Shown: piece after piece, positions 32,869 through 45,025 of the stretch
Position numbering within the stretch: the stretch's first letter is position 1
Layout: each line of letters opens with the position of its first letter
Assembly: GCA_049519675.1 (NCBI GenBank)
Contig: JBEKQN010000001.1
Span: 1-54,743 of the forward strand
Direction of reading: 5' to 3'
DNA length: 54,743 nt
Source of the DNA: Acidimicrobiales bacterium
GTDB lineage: Bacteria > Actinomycetota > Acidimicrobiia > Acidimicrobiales > RAAP-2
Program-made: the position numbers and the translations under genes
Notes under the pieces: model-generated
Databases searched by the model: none
What the model was told of the DNA's origin: nothing
What the model saw: the letters and a program-made list of their open reading frames with translations, nothing else

Positions 32869-34371
32869 ATGCCCTCGGTTGCTGACGTCTTTGGCGGTCG
32901 CTACCGCCTCGTTCGCCTGCTCGGGCGAGGCGGAATGTCTGACGTCTTCGAGGCCTTCGACGAGATCACTGGCACTGATGTCGCCATCAAGATCGTGCGC
33001 TCGAATGACCCGGAGTTCGGGCGCCGGTTGGCTCAGGAAGTTCGGGCGCTGGAAGGTTTGGAGCACCCGGGCCTCATCAAACTTCTCGACGTCGGGGCCG
33101 AAGGCGACCAGTCCTATTTGGTCATGGAACTCATCGTGGGCCAAACGCTCGCCGAGACCCTTCGTGCCGGTGCGCTCTCGTCGAGACAAACCGCCGCCAT
33201 CGGCGCGAGACTGGCCGACGCACTGGCGTACGTGCACAATCGAGGCGTCGTGCACCGAGACGTCAAGCCGTCCAACATATTGCTTTCGGCGAACGGCGAC
33301 GCCTGGCTCGGCGACTTCGGCATTGCTCGCCACGGCGAATCGACGACATTAACGGCGACCGGCATGACCATGGGGACGGTCTCGTACATGGCGCCCGAGC
33401 AATTGGAGAATCACCAAGTGGGTCCGGCGGCCGACATCTGGTCGTTGGGAATCATCCTGCTCGAATGCCTGACCGGGCGACGCGTGTACGAGGGAACACC
33501 GAGCGAGGTGCTGGCACGGCGCCTCGCGGGACCGGTTGTGTTGCCCGCGGACCTTCCGGTGCCGTGGAAGTTAGTGCTCACCGGAATGCTCAACCACCGC
33601 CCCGACGAGCGCCTCGAGGATCACCAGGTGTCGGCGCTGCTCGCCACTCCTGCCTACGATGCTCCATGGCTCGCGTCAGAAAGCGACCTCACCACGCAAC
33701 ACCGCGTTAGGGAACCTGGCGACAACACAACAATGATGCCGGGCGTCGTGGGCGTTGGCATAAGGGGCGAAGAGACGAGCGTCATCAAAGCGACGCGATC
33801 CGCGCCGGTGGCCAAGAAGACCTTCAATTGGAACGTTGCAATCGTGGCGGCAGTAATCGTGGTAGCACTGCTGGGCGTAGGGCTTTTCTTTCTTGTGGGT
33901 TCGAGTCCCGGGAAATCTCCTCCCACCACGACGACGAGACCACCCAAGACGACAACGACGTTTCGCGCGGGCACCGCGGCCCTCAACGCGCTGAAGAGCC
34001 AAGTCCGCGCGGGCGAAACCGCGGGTAACGTTGACGCTGCGTCGGGACAGACGATTACCCAGGAGGCCGGTTTTGCCCAAGCCGCCTACACCGAGGGTAA
34101 GACGAAGCAGGCGGCCAGCGATCTTGAACTCGCCGCGGGCGCCATCGCCAATGGAATCTTGAATCACACGATCGGACGGATCGAAGGCCAATTGCTGCAG
34201 AGTGACCTCGGGCTCTTCGCGAGCGCGTTGAATTTGAGTTCCGCAGTTACGTCAACGACCTCGACCACTTCGACCACGACGACCAGCTCGTCAACGTCGA
34301 CCACCACGACCACCCCACCAACATCGACCACCACGACCGTCTCGCCTACAACGACCACCACGATTGGCTAG
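32869..34371 (+). CDS. Membrane Hanks-type Ser/Thr protein kinase with Thr-rich extracellular tail
   Basis: GRGGM, AIK, HRDVKPSN, DFGIA, YMAPEQ, DIWSLG; TM segment VAIVAAVIVVALLGVGLFFLV; GAGGA SD fits ATG 32869 (alternative 32863). Confidence 0.95.
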   Translation: MPSVADVFGGRYRLVRLLGRGGMSDVFEAFDEITGTDVAIKIVRSNDPEFGRRLAQEVRALEGLEHPGLIKLLDVGAEGDQSYLVMELIVGQTLAETLRAGALSSRQTAAIGARLADALAYVHNRGVVHRDVKPSNILLSANGDAWLGDFGIARHGESTTLTATGMTMGTVSYMAPEQLENHQVGPAADIWSLGIILLECLTGRRVYEGTPSEVLARRLAGPVVLPADLPVPWKLVLTGMLNHRPDERLEDHQVSALLATPAYDAPWLASESDLTTQHRVREPGDNTTMMPGVVGVGIRGEETSVIKATRSAPVAKKTFNWNVAIVAAVIVVALLGVGLFFLVGSSPGKSPPTTTTRPPKTTTTFRAGTAALNALKSQVRAGETAGNVDAASGQTITQEAGFAQAAYTEGKTKQAASDLELAAGAIANGILNHTIGRIEGQLLQSDLGLFASALNLSSAVTSTTSTTSTTTTSSSTSTTTTTPPTSTTTTVSPTTTTTIG

Positions 34372-34688
34372 TGGCAACCGTGCCGGAAATTTCAAAAGTG
34401 TGTTCTCGTTCCAACGCCAATGAGCGCAGTCTCTGAACGTGGTGGTGACGATTGTGGCGTCGCTACATTGATCGATAGTCGGAATTGCCCCCGGTGGCGC
34501 ACTTATCGAGAGAAACGCAGTCGTTCACGACCTCTTCTTCTCAAGAACCGCCGATGCGAGACCATTTCTATCGGGTTTGGACGGGATAGGTAGCACTTCG
34601 TTCACTCAGAAAATGAAGCCAAAAAGATGACCGAATCACCCGATCCGTTTTTAATCATGGCCCCGATCTCGCTTTCGGTCCCGCCTTC

Positions 34689-34723
34689 GTGCAGCAGTGG
34701 AGGTCTTCTCGGTGATGCTGCAC
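34689..34723 (-). terminator. Stem-loop downstream of IDH-like gene
   Basis: GTGCAGCA...TGCTGCAC inverted repeat 10 nt past the stop at 34733. Confidence 0.4.
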
Positions 34724-34732
34724 ACGTGCGTC

Positions 34733-35821
34733 CTAGGACACCGTGAGGGCCTTCAGTCGAATTATGACGTCGTCAACGACGTCGCTGGTCGACGCGCTGC
34801 CGCCCAGATCGAACGTCCGCACTCCCGCAGCCGCACCGCTCAAGGTGGACGAACGCAATCGCGCACCGGCATCGCGGTAACGATCGTCGCTTAAGAGCAA
34901 CGCCGCCTGGTCAAGTATCGCGGCGCCAGCCAGCAACATCGCCATGGGATTGGCAACATTTTTTCCTTGCAGTGAGGGTGCCGTGCCGTGCGGCGCTTCG
35001 GCCATGGCGACCTTGGGTCGTAGGTCACTGTCAAGCGCCAACAAGACCGACTCGGCGCCGGCGATGGATCCGAACATGGCGAGCACGAGGTCGCTCAGAA
35101 TGTCGCCGTCGCGGTTGAGTGCGGGAATCACCAATGTTTGGTCGTGCACGTCGATAAGCAGTCCCGCATACGAGGCATCGATGAGTGTCGGTCGGTAGTT
35201 GACTGCGGGATGGCGCGCGGCCGCCTCGTCCATCTCCTCCTTGAGCATGCCTTCGTACACGGGTGAGACCGTCCACTTTGGTCCGCCGTACACGAGTCCG
35301 TTTTCAATCTCGGCGGCCTGAAACGCGTACTCGGCAACGAAGCGGCACGACGAACGAGTGATTCTTGTCGTGCGCCAGGCAACCTCGCTCGCGTGGCCCG
35401 GTTGTCCGCTGCGACCCTCGTCGGCACCGTAGGCGTCACCCACCGCCATGCGAATCACGATGATCGGTGGACCGGCGGCGAAACTCGGTGCGACACCGGG
35501 AATTGGTCGACCAGTGCGCACGATGACCGACCCGTCGATGCCTTCACGCAGAATTCGATTCGGCGAACCAACACTGCCAATCTCGGGTGGGGTGACAGTC
35601 GCCGCCTTGAGGCCGAGTCCCGTCTCGACCATCGCGTCGGCGACTTCGTGCACAACTTTGTTATTGGTCGCTTGGCGGTTTTCGAGCGATAAGTCGAAAT
35701 GAACTAATTCGAACGGCACACCCAAGAGCTCGGGGGTAAGCGCACGCAGTGCTTCTACAAGAAGCTCCTGGCCGGTTTCATCACCGTCGCAGACAACGAT
35801 GGTTGGGGGGGATTTGGTCAT
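34733..35821 (-). CDS. Isocitrate/isopropylmalate dehydrogenase family protein (probably isocitrate dehydrogenase)
   Basis: GDETG, KAATVTP, SPNRILR, NRDGDILSD, EAPHGTAP..GKNVANP. Confidence 0.88.
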   Translation of the reverse strand: MTKSPPTIVVCDGDETGQELLVEALRALTPELLGVPFELVHFDLSLENRQATNNKVVHEVADAMVETGLGLKAATVTPPEIGSVGSPNRILREGIDGSVIVRTGRPIPGVAPSFAAGPPIIVIRMAVGDAYGADEGRSGQPGHASEVAWRTTRITRSSCRFVAEYAFQAAEIENGLVYGGPKWTVSPVYEGMLKEEMDEAAARHPAVNYRPTLIDASYAGLLIDVHDQTLVIPALNRDGDILSDLVLAMFGSIAGAESVLLALDSDLRPKVAMAEAPHGTAPSLQGKNVANPMAMLLAGAAILDQAALLLSDDRYRDAGARLRSSTLSGAAAGVRTFDLGGSASTSDVVDDVIIRLKALTVS

Positions 35822-35998
35822 ACATCAGTCTTTCATATGAGATTTCGAAGAGACCTCGCGTGCTTTTGGCGCGATTCATCGCGCGGCTGGGCGACCTAGA
35901 AATCTGGACTGTTTTCGGGCTCCGCCCTCCCCGTGGGCGTTGGTCGAGGACTGTTGCCATCGGGTCTTCGATACCAAATATCCTCAACGGGTTGACCT

Positions 35999-36772
35999 TC
36001 AGTTCAATTTTCTCGCCTCAATCAAGTACCGCTGCGCGTGGGAGCGGAAACTACCCTCCCGCTCGATGAGTTCATGCAGAAGAAGTAATCGTTCTCGATA
36101 CTTGTCGGTGCTGAAATCTGGAACCGTCCAGATGACCTTGCGCAGGAAATAGACGACTGCGCCTATATCGAAGAAGACAACGGGTAAGGATTCCTCTCTG
36201 GCGTCCATCACCTCAAGTCCCACGTCCGTCGCCAACGCGATTGCCCGTTCCATTCTTTGCGACTCCGAGACTGGCTGGGGACCCATCATGAAATCGGTGA
36301 GTTCACTGTTGGTCCCCGCACCGATTTGCTGAGAATAATAGGATCCCTCAGGTCTGAGGACTCGTTGGATCTCGCCCCACAGCGTGCGCGTTGGATGGCG
36401 GCTCGTGATGAGGTCGAACGAGTTGTTTTCAAACGGGAGGTCTGCATCGTTCTGGATTTCTAGAACAGTTACTCCAAAAGGCCCCAAGTTATTCCTGGCA
36501 ATCTCAACGTTTGGGGGCCATGACTCGGTGGCGGCCAGGGATTTCGGAGGATTGTTGGCACGAGAAAGGGCATCGGCGAAGCGTTCTCCACCACCCGTTT
36601 GTATATCCAGCACGGCGTCAACCGTGCTGATTCGACGAGTAAGGCCCTCCTCATAGTTCCACGTTGGTCGTTGCTCCGTGGCTCGCCCATTGAGCCACGA
36701 GAAGTCCCACCCTTCGACTGGCTCGGAATCGCCCTCCGAAAGCAGTTTTTCGAATTTTGATTGAGCGGTCAT
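35999..36772 (-). CDS. Class I SAM-dependent methyltransferase
   Basis: GWDFSWL, VLDIQTGGGE motif I, LPFENNSFDLI, RVLRPEG. Confidence 0.88.
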   Translation of the reverse strand: MTAQSKFEKLLSEGDSEPVEGWDFSWLNGRATEQRPTWNYEEGLTRRISTVDAVLDIQTGGGERFADALSRANNPPKSLAATESWPPNVEIARNNLGPFGVTVLEIQNDADLPFENNSFDLITSRHPTRTLWGEIQRVLRPEGSYYSQQIGAGTNSELTDFMMGPQPVSESQRMERAIALATDVGLEVMDAREESLPVVFFDIGAVVYFLRKVIWTVPDFSTDKYRERLLLLHELIEREGSFRSHAQRYLIEARKLN

Positions 36773-36914
36773 TCGGACATCGTTGCATAGATGTCGTCTC
36801 ATCAAGCCTCTCGCGTTGCGCGGTGCGTCGAGATCACGCACGTCACCAGTGCGGGGGTGATTTCTTGTTAGCTCACGCCGAGGACGCATTCGAAATGCGA
36901 ATGACCAGTCGTTG

Positions 36915-39431
<2,517 letters not shown>

Positions 39432-39474
39432 ATTCGGTCGCGTTCGAATGCGGCACAGGCTTCGTGGTGGTGCG

Positions 39475-41307
39475 TTAGGGCGTAGCGCTGATGTCAGTTC
39501 TCTCGTGCGACAGAGCCTCGGGCGAGTCGGGCTCTAAGTAGGCGCCGGTCGAGGCTGTCCCGACGTCGGACATGGCAATGTCACCGGCGCCGGCGAGACC
39601 CACTTCAACGTCGTCGCTCATCGAGTGGAAGATCTCGGAGTGACCGGCTCCGCGCAACCACGAAAACGTTGCGCCAATGAAGCACGCGACGGCCGCCATG
39701 ATGAACGCCAGGCGCAGGCCGTGGGCGAATGGTCCCGAGATCAAGCTCGGAAAGAACCCTCGGCTGAGTAGCAGCTGGGTGTGTACACCGTGTGCGGTCA
39801 GGGCAGCGTGACTCACGATTTCCTTCAGCGGATTAATGCCTAAGAAGGCCGAGAACAAGCTGCCAATCGGTGGCACGTGTGACGCCGAGAGGGCGGCGGC
39901 GTGCGACACGCCCTGTGCGGAGAGTCCCTTCAATAATGCCTGGGGTAGTCGCGACGCGAGGCCAATCGTGATGACGGTGAAGAAGAAGCCAATGGACAGG
40001 ACCGCGGCCGAGTTCTGAAAGGTATTGAGCATTCCGCTGCCGGCACCGCGCTGGTGGGCCGGCAGGCTGTTCATGACCGCGCTCGTGTTGGGAGCCGCGA
40101 ACATGCCCATTGAGAATCCGACCAACAAGATCAGGAAGGCGAAGATCGGGTACGAGAAGTTGATCGGCAGCGTGGTCAGTCCAAGCAGGCTGAGGCCCGT
40201 CAAGATGAGGCCAAAGGTCGCGAAGGGCCGCGGTCCGTGGCGGTCCGCCAAGCGGCCTGACAGCGGGCCGGAGAGAAAGAAGCCGACGGTGAGCGGCACC
40301 ATGTAGATGCCGGCCCATAACGGCGTGCGACTAAAGCTGTAGCCGTGCAGCGGCAGCCAGATGCCTTGGAGCCAGATGATGAGGATGAACTGCAACCCAC
40401 CTCGGGCCAACGCCAGCATCAGGCCGGCCAAGTTGCCCATCGCGAAGGCTTTGCTCTTGAACAGATCGAGGTGGAACATCGGGTCAGACGAGTGACGTTC
40501 AACAAAAACGAAGCCGATCAAGATTGCCAGTCCACCGAATAGGCACGACAGCACGAACGGACTCGTCCAGCCCATGGTGTGCCCGCCGTAAGGATTGAGG
40601 CCGTAGACGATGCCCGTGAGGACCGAGATCAGACCTACCGCGAACAAGATGTTGCCGGCCCAGTCAATCGTTGCCTCTTGGCGTTGCCCGTTATCGCGCA
40701 GTTTAAGGTGCGCCCACACGGTGCCGAAAAGGCCGAAGGGCACCGATACGAGAAAGACCAGGCGCCACTCCAGGGGCGCGAGGACTCCACCGAGGACCAG
40801 GCCGAGGAAGGCGCCACCAATGGCAGCGACCCCGTTGATGCCAAGCGCGAAGCCACGCTCGTTCGCGGGGAACGCGTCGGTGATGATGGCGTTGGAGTTG
40901 GCGAACAGAAACGCGCCGCCGACGCCCTGGCCCACGCGCATGATGATGATCCAGAGTGCGGCATTGGTGCCGGTCATCCACGTCACCGTCAAGAGGATCG
41001 AGAAGATCGTGAAGATGGCGAAACCAAGCGTGTACATTCGCACGCGACCGAATATGTCCCCGACACGGCCCAAACTCACGACGAGCACCGAGGTGACGAG
41101 CAAGAATCCCATCAAGATCCAGAGGAAATAAGTCGTGTTGCCGGGCGAGAGCGGATTGAGTTTGATGCCGCGGAAGATATCGGGCAGGGCGATCAAAAGA
41201 ATCGAGCCATTGATGGTCGCCATGAGGATGCCGATGGTCGTGTTTGACAGGGCGATCCATTTGTAATGCAGAGATCGTCCTGCGGGAGCCATCGATTCAG
41301 TGGACAT
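39475..41307 (-). CDS. MFS transporter, DHA2 (14-TMS) family
   Basis: GRVGDIFGR motif A, RVGQGVGGA, GGVL...WRLVFLVSVP, GRLADRHG. Confidence 0.92.
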   Translation of the reverse strand: MSTESMAPAGRSLHYKWIALSNTTIGILMATINGSILLIALPDIFRGIKLNPLSPGNTTYFLWILMGFLLVTSVLVVSLGRVGDIFGRVRMYTLGFAIFTIFSILLTVTWMTGTNAALWIIIMRVGQGVGGAFLFANSNAIITDAFPANERGFALGINGVAAIGGAFLGLVLGGVLAPLEWRLVFLVSVPFGLFGTVWAHLKLRDNGQRQEATIDWAGNILFAVGLISVLTGIVYGLNPYGGHTMGWTSPFVLSCLFGGLAILIGFVFVERHSSDPMFHLDLFKSKAFAMGNLAGLMLALARGGLQFILIIWLQGIWLPLHGYSFSRTPLWAGIYMVPLTVGFFLSGPLSGRLADRHGPRPFATFGLILTGLSLLGLTTLPINFSYPIFAFLILLVGFSMGMFAAPNTSAVMNSLPAHQRGAGSGMLNTFQNSAAVLSIGFFFTVITIGLASRLPQALLKGLSAQGVSHAAALSASHVPPIGSLFSAFLGINPLKEIVSHAALTAHGVHTQLLLSRGFFPSLISGPFAHGLRLAFIMAAVACFIGATFSWLRGAGHSEIFHSMSDDVEVGLAGAGDIAMSDVGTASTGAYLEPDSPEALSHERTDISATP

Positions 41308-41359
41308 TCAGGATCTCCTTGGGGGCACTACGCACACGTGCGGCAGTAGGCGCCGTAAG

Positions 41360-41383
41360 TAGTTAGTTATTGACAACTAACTA
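41360..41383. promoter_or_regulatory. Putative MarR operator
   Basis: Perfect inverted repeat TAGTTAGTT-ATTGAC-AACTAACTA between the divergent MFS and marR genes. Confidence 0.8.
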
Positions 41384-41396
41384 TATACTAGGTGTC

Positions 41397-41894
41397 GTGA
41401 AGAGTTCCAACTCGCTTTCGACGACGGGGCGCACCGCCAACGGTCCACAGGGTGGTGCGGTTGAAGAGGCCGCCGGATTGCTGGTCGCCCTCACCCGGCT
41501 GACGCGCCAACTCCGGTCGCGCTCGCGGTCGGCGAACGACGACGTCACGCCGTCGCAAACGTCGGCGTTGGCGCGAATTGAGCAGCTCGGACCGCTGCGC
41601 TTGGGCATGCTCGCCGACGTCGAGGGGACGTCGGCCGCGACCATGTGTCGTATTGTCGACGGCCTCGAAGCGCGTAGTCTCATCGCGCGAGTGCCTGACC
41701 CGGACGATGGGCGCGCCAGCAATCTCCAACTCAGCAGCGAGGGTGGGGCGTTGCTCGCGGAGCTGCGCTCACGGAGCACCGAGGCGCTGCGCAGTGCGTT
41801 AGGCGAGTTCACCGTGGCCGAACACGCAATCGTGGTCGAAACCATCTCATTGCTGGAGCGGCTCAGCGATGCCTTGAACCGGACCGAGCGCTAA
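41397..41894 (+). CDS. MarR family transcriptional regulator
   Basis: VTPSQ..AL, LA..EG....TM..IVDGLE...LI.R.PDPDDGR; GTG 7 nt after TATACT. Confidence 0.92.
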   Translation: MKSSNSLSTTGRTANGPQGGAVEEAAGLLVALTRLTRQLRSRSRSANDDVTPSQTSALARIEQLGPLRLGMLADVEGTSAATMCRIVDGLEARSLIARVPDPDDGRASNLQLSSEGGALLAELRSRSTEALRSALGEFTVAEHAIVVETISLLERLSDALNRTER

Positions 41895-41927
41895 CGCCTA
41901 TTAGGGTCCACAGTCTGCGCAATCTAG

Positions 41928-44072
41928 TTAAACGACCGTGGATTCCTCACGCGCTTCGACGGCGAAGTGGGGAACGATCCGCTCCAGCCATTTGGGCATC
42001 CACCAGTTTGCTTTTCCGAAGAAGTGCATGAGCGACGGGACCAGGATGGTGCGCAGAAAAAAAGCGTCCAACAGCACGGCGCCGCCCAGCCCGATCCCGA
42101 ACTCCGCGATGATCCTCTCTCCGCCCACGGCGAAGGCCAGGAAGACGCAGATCATCACGAGCGCCGCGGCCGAGATGACTCGACCAGTGTTGGCCTGTCC
42201 GTGGGTGACGGCTAACTCGTTGTCGCCGGTATTCACCCACTCTTCATGCATGCGCGACACCAGGAAGACCTGGTAGTCCATTGAGAGGCCAAAGAGAATG
42301 GCGATCATGATGATCGGCAAGAACGATTCGACCGGTCCCGTTCCCGAACCAATTATCGAACTGCCCCAACCCCACTGAAAGACCGCGACCACGAGACCGA
42401 AAGATGCGCCCATTGCCAACAAATTCATCACCGCCGCAGTGAGCGGAATCAGGACGCTCCTAAAGGCCACCATGAGCAACAAGCATCCGAGAATAACGAT
42501 GACCGCTATAAATAAGGGAATCTTGCTGTCCAGCACGTTCGAGAAGTCGTTCGACAGCGCCGTTTGACCACCCACGAACACCTCGGTGTGCGACGTGGCG
42601 GTGGCGTCGGGAATATACGTGTCACGCAACGTTGAAATGAGCTGCGAAGTCTTGAGGTCCTGCGGACTGGTCGTGGCGATCACCGAAATGAGCGACACCT
42701 TGCCATTGGGGCTTAGCAGCACTGGACTGGCGGACTTAATTCCCGGCTTACCCTGGATAGACGTGTCAAGTCTTTGCATGGCCACCTGGTCGGCGTGGTC
42801 GTTGATCGAGCCAACGAGCAGCAGCGGTCCATTGAATCCTGCGCCAAATCCCTGTGCGATTTCGTCGTAGGCCAGACGGGTTGTCGAACCCGACGGGTCA
42901 GAACTCTGGTCGGAAAGTCCCAGGTGTAACGAGAGCAAGGGGATTGTCAATATGGCAATAGCCAGGATGGCGACCGCCGACAGCGTTCGTGGCCGACGAC
43001 TGACAAATTGGGCCCAACGCTGCCAACCGCCCTGGACGATCGTTGCCTCTGGTCCGGTGCCCGCAAGCTTGCGGCGCTCTTTGCGACTCAACACGCGCAT
43101 TTTCTGGAACGCCAGTAGCGACGGCAGCAACGTGAGCGACGCCATCATCGTGATGAAGACTGTCAGCGCCGCAGCGACGCCCAGTCCAACCAGGAAGGAG
43201 AATCCCAGAATCAGCATTCCGAGCAGGGCAACGCACACGGTGGCGCCGGCGAAGAGAACCGCTCGACCCGAAGTGTCGATCGCCGTGATGATCGCGTCTT
43301 CGACGCTCATGCCTTGTTTTAGATTTTGTCGGCTTCGAGTGACGATGAAGAGCGCGTAGTCAATGCCGACGCCCAGTCCAATCAACGAGCCGAGAATCGG
43401 CGCGAATTGCGCGATGGAGAGTCCGTGACTCAAGAGGGTTGTCGCCCCGGTCGCGATACCGATTGCGAAGAGCGCAACGCCCAGCGGTAGCAACATCGCG
43501 AACAGCGATCCGAACGCCAGGAACAGCACGACAGCCGTGGCGATCAGTCCGACCCCTTCATCCGGACTGCCAGTCGGTGAGGTGAGATTACCGAAGGCTC
43601 CGCCGCCAAAGTTGACTTGCAGGGAGGAGGACCGAAGTGTTTCGGCGGCGGTGACGACCGCCTGCACATCTGACTTCTTGAGGTACTGCGCTTGCTTGAA
43701 GAAATTGACCGTCGCGTACGCGATCTTGCCGTTCTTGCTCATCTGTGAAGCGACGGTGAATGGCGAAACGACAACCGACACCTCGGGCAACTTGGCAACT
43801 TTCGCCAACGTGGCGTCGATGGCACCTTTATGACTTGCGAGCGTGCCTGAAGTGACGTCAAAGACAATGTGGTCCACGTCACCGGAGTTGGATTTGAAGT
43901 TGGACTGTAATAGTTGCAACGCGTGCACGGAGTTGGTACCGGGAAAGCTGAACGTGTTGGAGTAATCCGACCCGATGGAGAACGACGCGATGTTGATGCC
44001 AACGAAGAGGGCTATCCACGCGCCGAGTACCGTCCAGCGATGGCGAACGCAAAAACGGGCTAGGGACTTCAT
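41928..44072 (-). CDS. MMPL family (RND superfamily) transporter
   Basis: GVGIDYALFI, SGRAVLFAG, FGAGFNGP, FGLSMDYQVFL, NWW. Confidence 0.95.
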   Translation of the reverse strand: MKSLARFCVRHRWTVLGAWIALFVGINIASFSIGSDYSNTFSFPGTNSVHALQLLQSNFKSNSGDVDHIVFDVTSGTLASHKGAIDATLAKVAKLPEVSVVVSPFTVASQMSKNGKIAYATVNFFKQAQYLKKSDVQAVVTAAETLRSSSLQVNFGGGAFGNLTSPTGSPDEGVGLIATAVVLFLAFGSLFAMLLPLGVALFAIGIATGATTLLSHGLSIAQFAPILGSLIGLGVGIDYALFIVTRSRQNLKQGMSVEDAIITAIDTSGRAVLFAGATVCVALLGMLILGFSFLVGLGVAAALTVFITMMASLTLLPSLLAFQKMRVLSRKERRKLAGTGPEATIVQGGWQRWAQFVSRRPRTLSAVAILAIAILTIPLLSLHLGLSDQSSDPSGSTTRLAYDEIAQGFGAGFNGPLLLVGSINDHADQVAMQRLDTSIQGKPGIKSASPVLLSPNGKVSLISVIATTSPQDLKTSQLISTLRDTYIPDATATSHTEVFVGGQTALSNDFSNVLDSKIPLFIAVIVILGCLLLMVAFRSVLIPLTAAVMNLLAMGASFGLVVAVFQWGWGSSIIGSGTGPVESFLPIIMIAILFGLSMDYQVFLVSRMHEEWVNTGDNELAVTHGQANTGRVISAAALVMICVFLAFAVGGERIIAEFGIGLGGAVLLDAFFLRTILVPSLMHFFGKANWWMPKWLERIVPHFAVEAREESTVV

Positions 44073-44157
44073 GTGAATTGACTCCTGATCGGGGAAAGGG
44101 GGGCCGAGTAAAATTCGTTCGTGCGATACTCGCCCTCACACTTTAGGTGGAAACCTG

Positions 44158-44955
44158 ATGTCTAACGCCAACCGGCCGGCCCGCTTCGATGGATTCGAGT
44201 ATCCCCAGGTGATTCCTGAACCCGATGACGTGATAGCGGGTGCACCCGCGCCGTGGTCGACCTTGGACGAAGGGTCTCGGCGCGGTTTTACCTTGGCCCA
44301 CGTCGTCGAACGCTTGCGAGCTGGAGAGCGCCACCTCGACGACTGGCCCATCCCGGGTGACCCTCAAGAGATGGAAGCCGTGATGGACGCGACGAGTCGG
44401 CCCATTGTCAACCGTGCCGCCGTGCTACTCGCGCTGTTTGAAGAAGACGGAGAAACCTACGTTGTGCTCACTCGTCGCGCCACCACATTGCGTTCGCATC
44501 GCGGGGAAATCGCCCTGCCGGGCGGGCGCGCCGACGGTGACGAAACGCCTGTCGAGACGGCGCTTCGCGAAGCGCACGAGGAGGTGGGCATTGAACCGGC
44601 TTCCGTGACACCCATTGGCTGGCTGAGCCCGATCGTCACGTTTGCTTCCGGTTCAGCCCTGTGGCCGGTCATCGGTGTGCTCGGCGAGCGACCAAATCTA
44701 ATCACTGATCCCGCAGAAGTTGATCGAGCGTTTTCGGTCACGCTCAAGGATTTGGTCGCCGAGGGAGCCTTTCTAGAAGAACGATGGCGCCGTGCGGTGC
44801 GCCGCCCGGGCGCTGATGAAGACGGCTATTTTCCGATTTACTTTTTTGCGGTACCCGGGGATGTCATTTGGGGAGCCACCGCACGTGTGCTCACTGAACT
44901 GCTCTGCGTGGTGACCGGCGTTGCGTGGCCCGACGCACAACGGGTTTGGGCCTGA
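44158..44955 (+). CDS. Nudix hydrolase, CoA pyrophosphatase family
   Basis: LTRR...LRSHRGEIALPGG, Nudix box TALREAHEEVG, IWGATA. Confidence 0.9.
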   Translation: MSNANRPARFDGFEYPQVIPEPDDVIAGAPAPWSTLDEGSRRGFTLAHVVERLRAGERHLDDWPIPGDPQEMEAVMDATSRPIVNRAAVLLALFEEDGETYVVLTRRATTLRSHRGEIALPGGRADGDETPVETALREAHEEVGIEPASVTPIGWLSPIVTFASGSALWPVIGVLGERPNLITDPAEVDRAFSVTLKDLVAEGAFLEERWRRAVRRPGADEDGYFPIYFFAVPGDVIWGATARVLTELLCVVTGVAWPDAQRVWA

Positions 44956-45025
44956 CTTCGTCCATTAGATTAGAGGTAACGCACACCTCGTTTTGGGGGA
45001 TGCTGTTTCTTAGGCGGAGGACACC

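Noticed and set aside
34250-34365. ACC/ACG/TCG-rich repeat-like tract
   Set aside because: Encodes the kinase Thr/Ser tail; not a CRISPR array or independent repeat
34372-34688. Possible gene or ncRNA in the lower-GC gap after the kinase
   Set aside because: Only very short ORFs and no convincing structure seen
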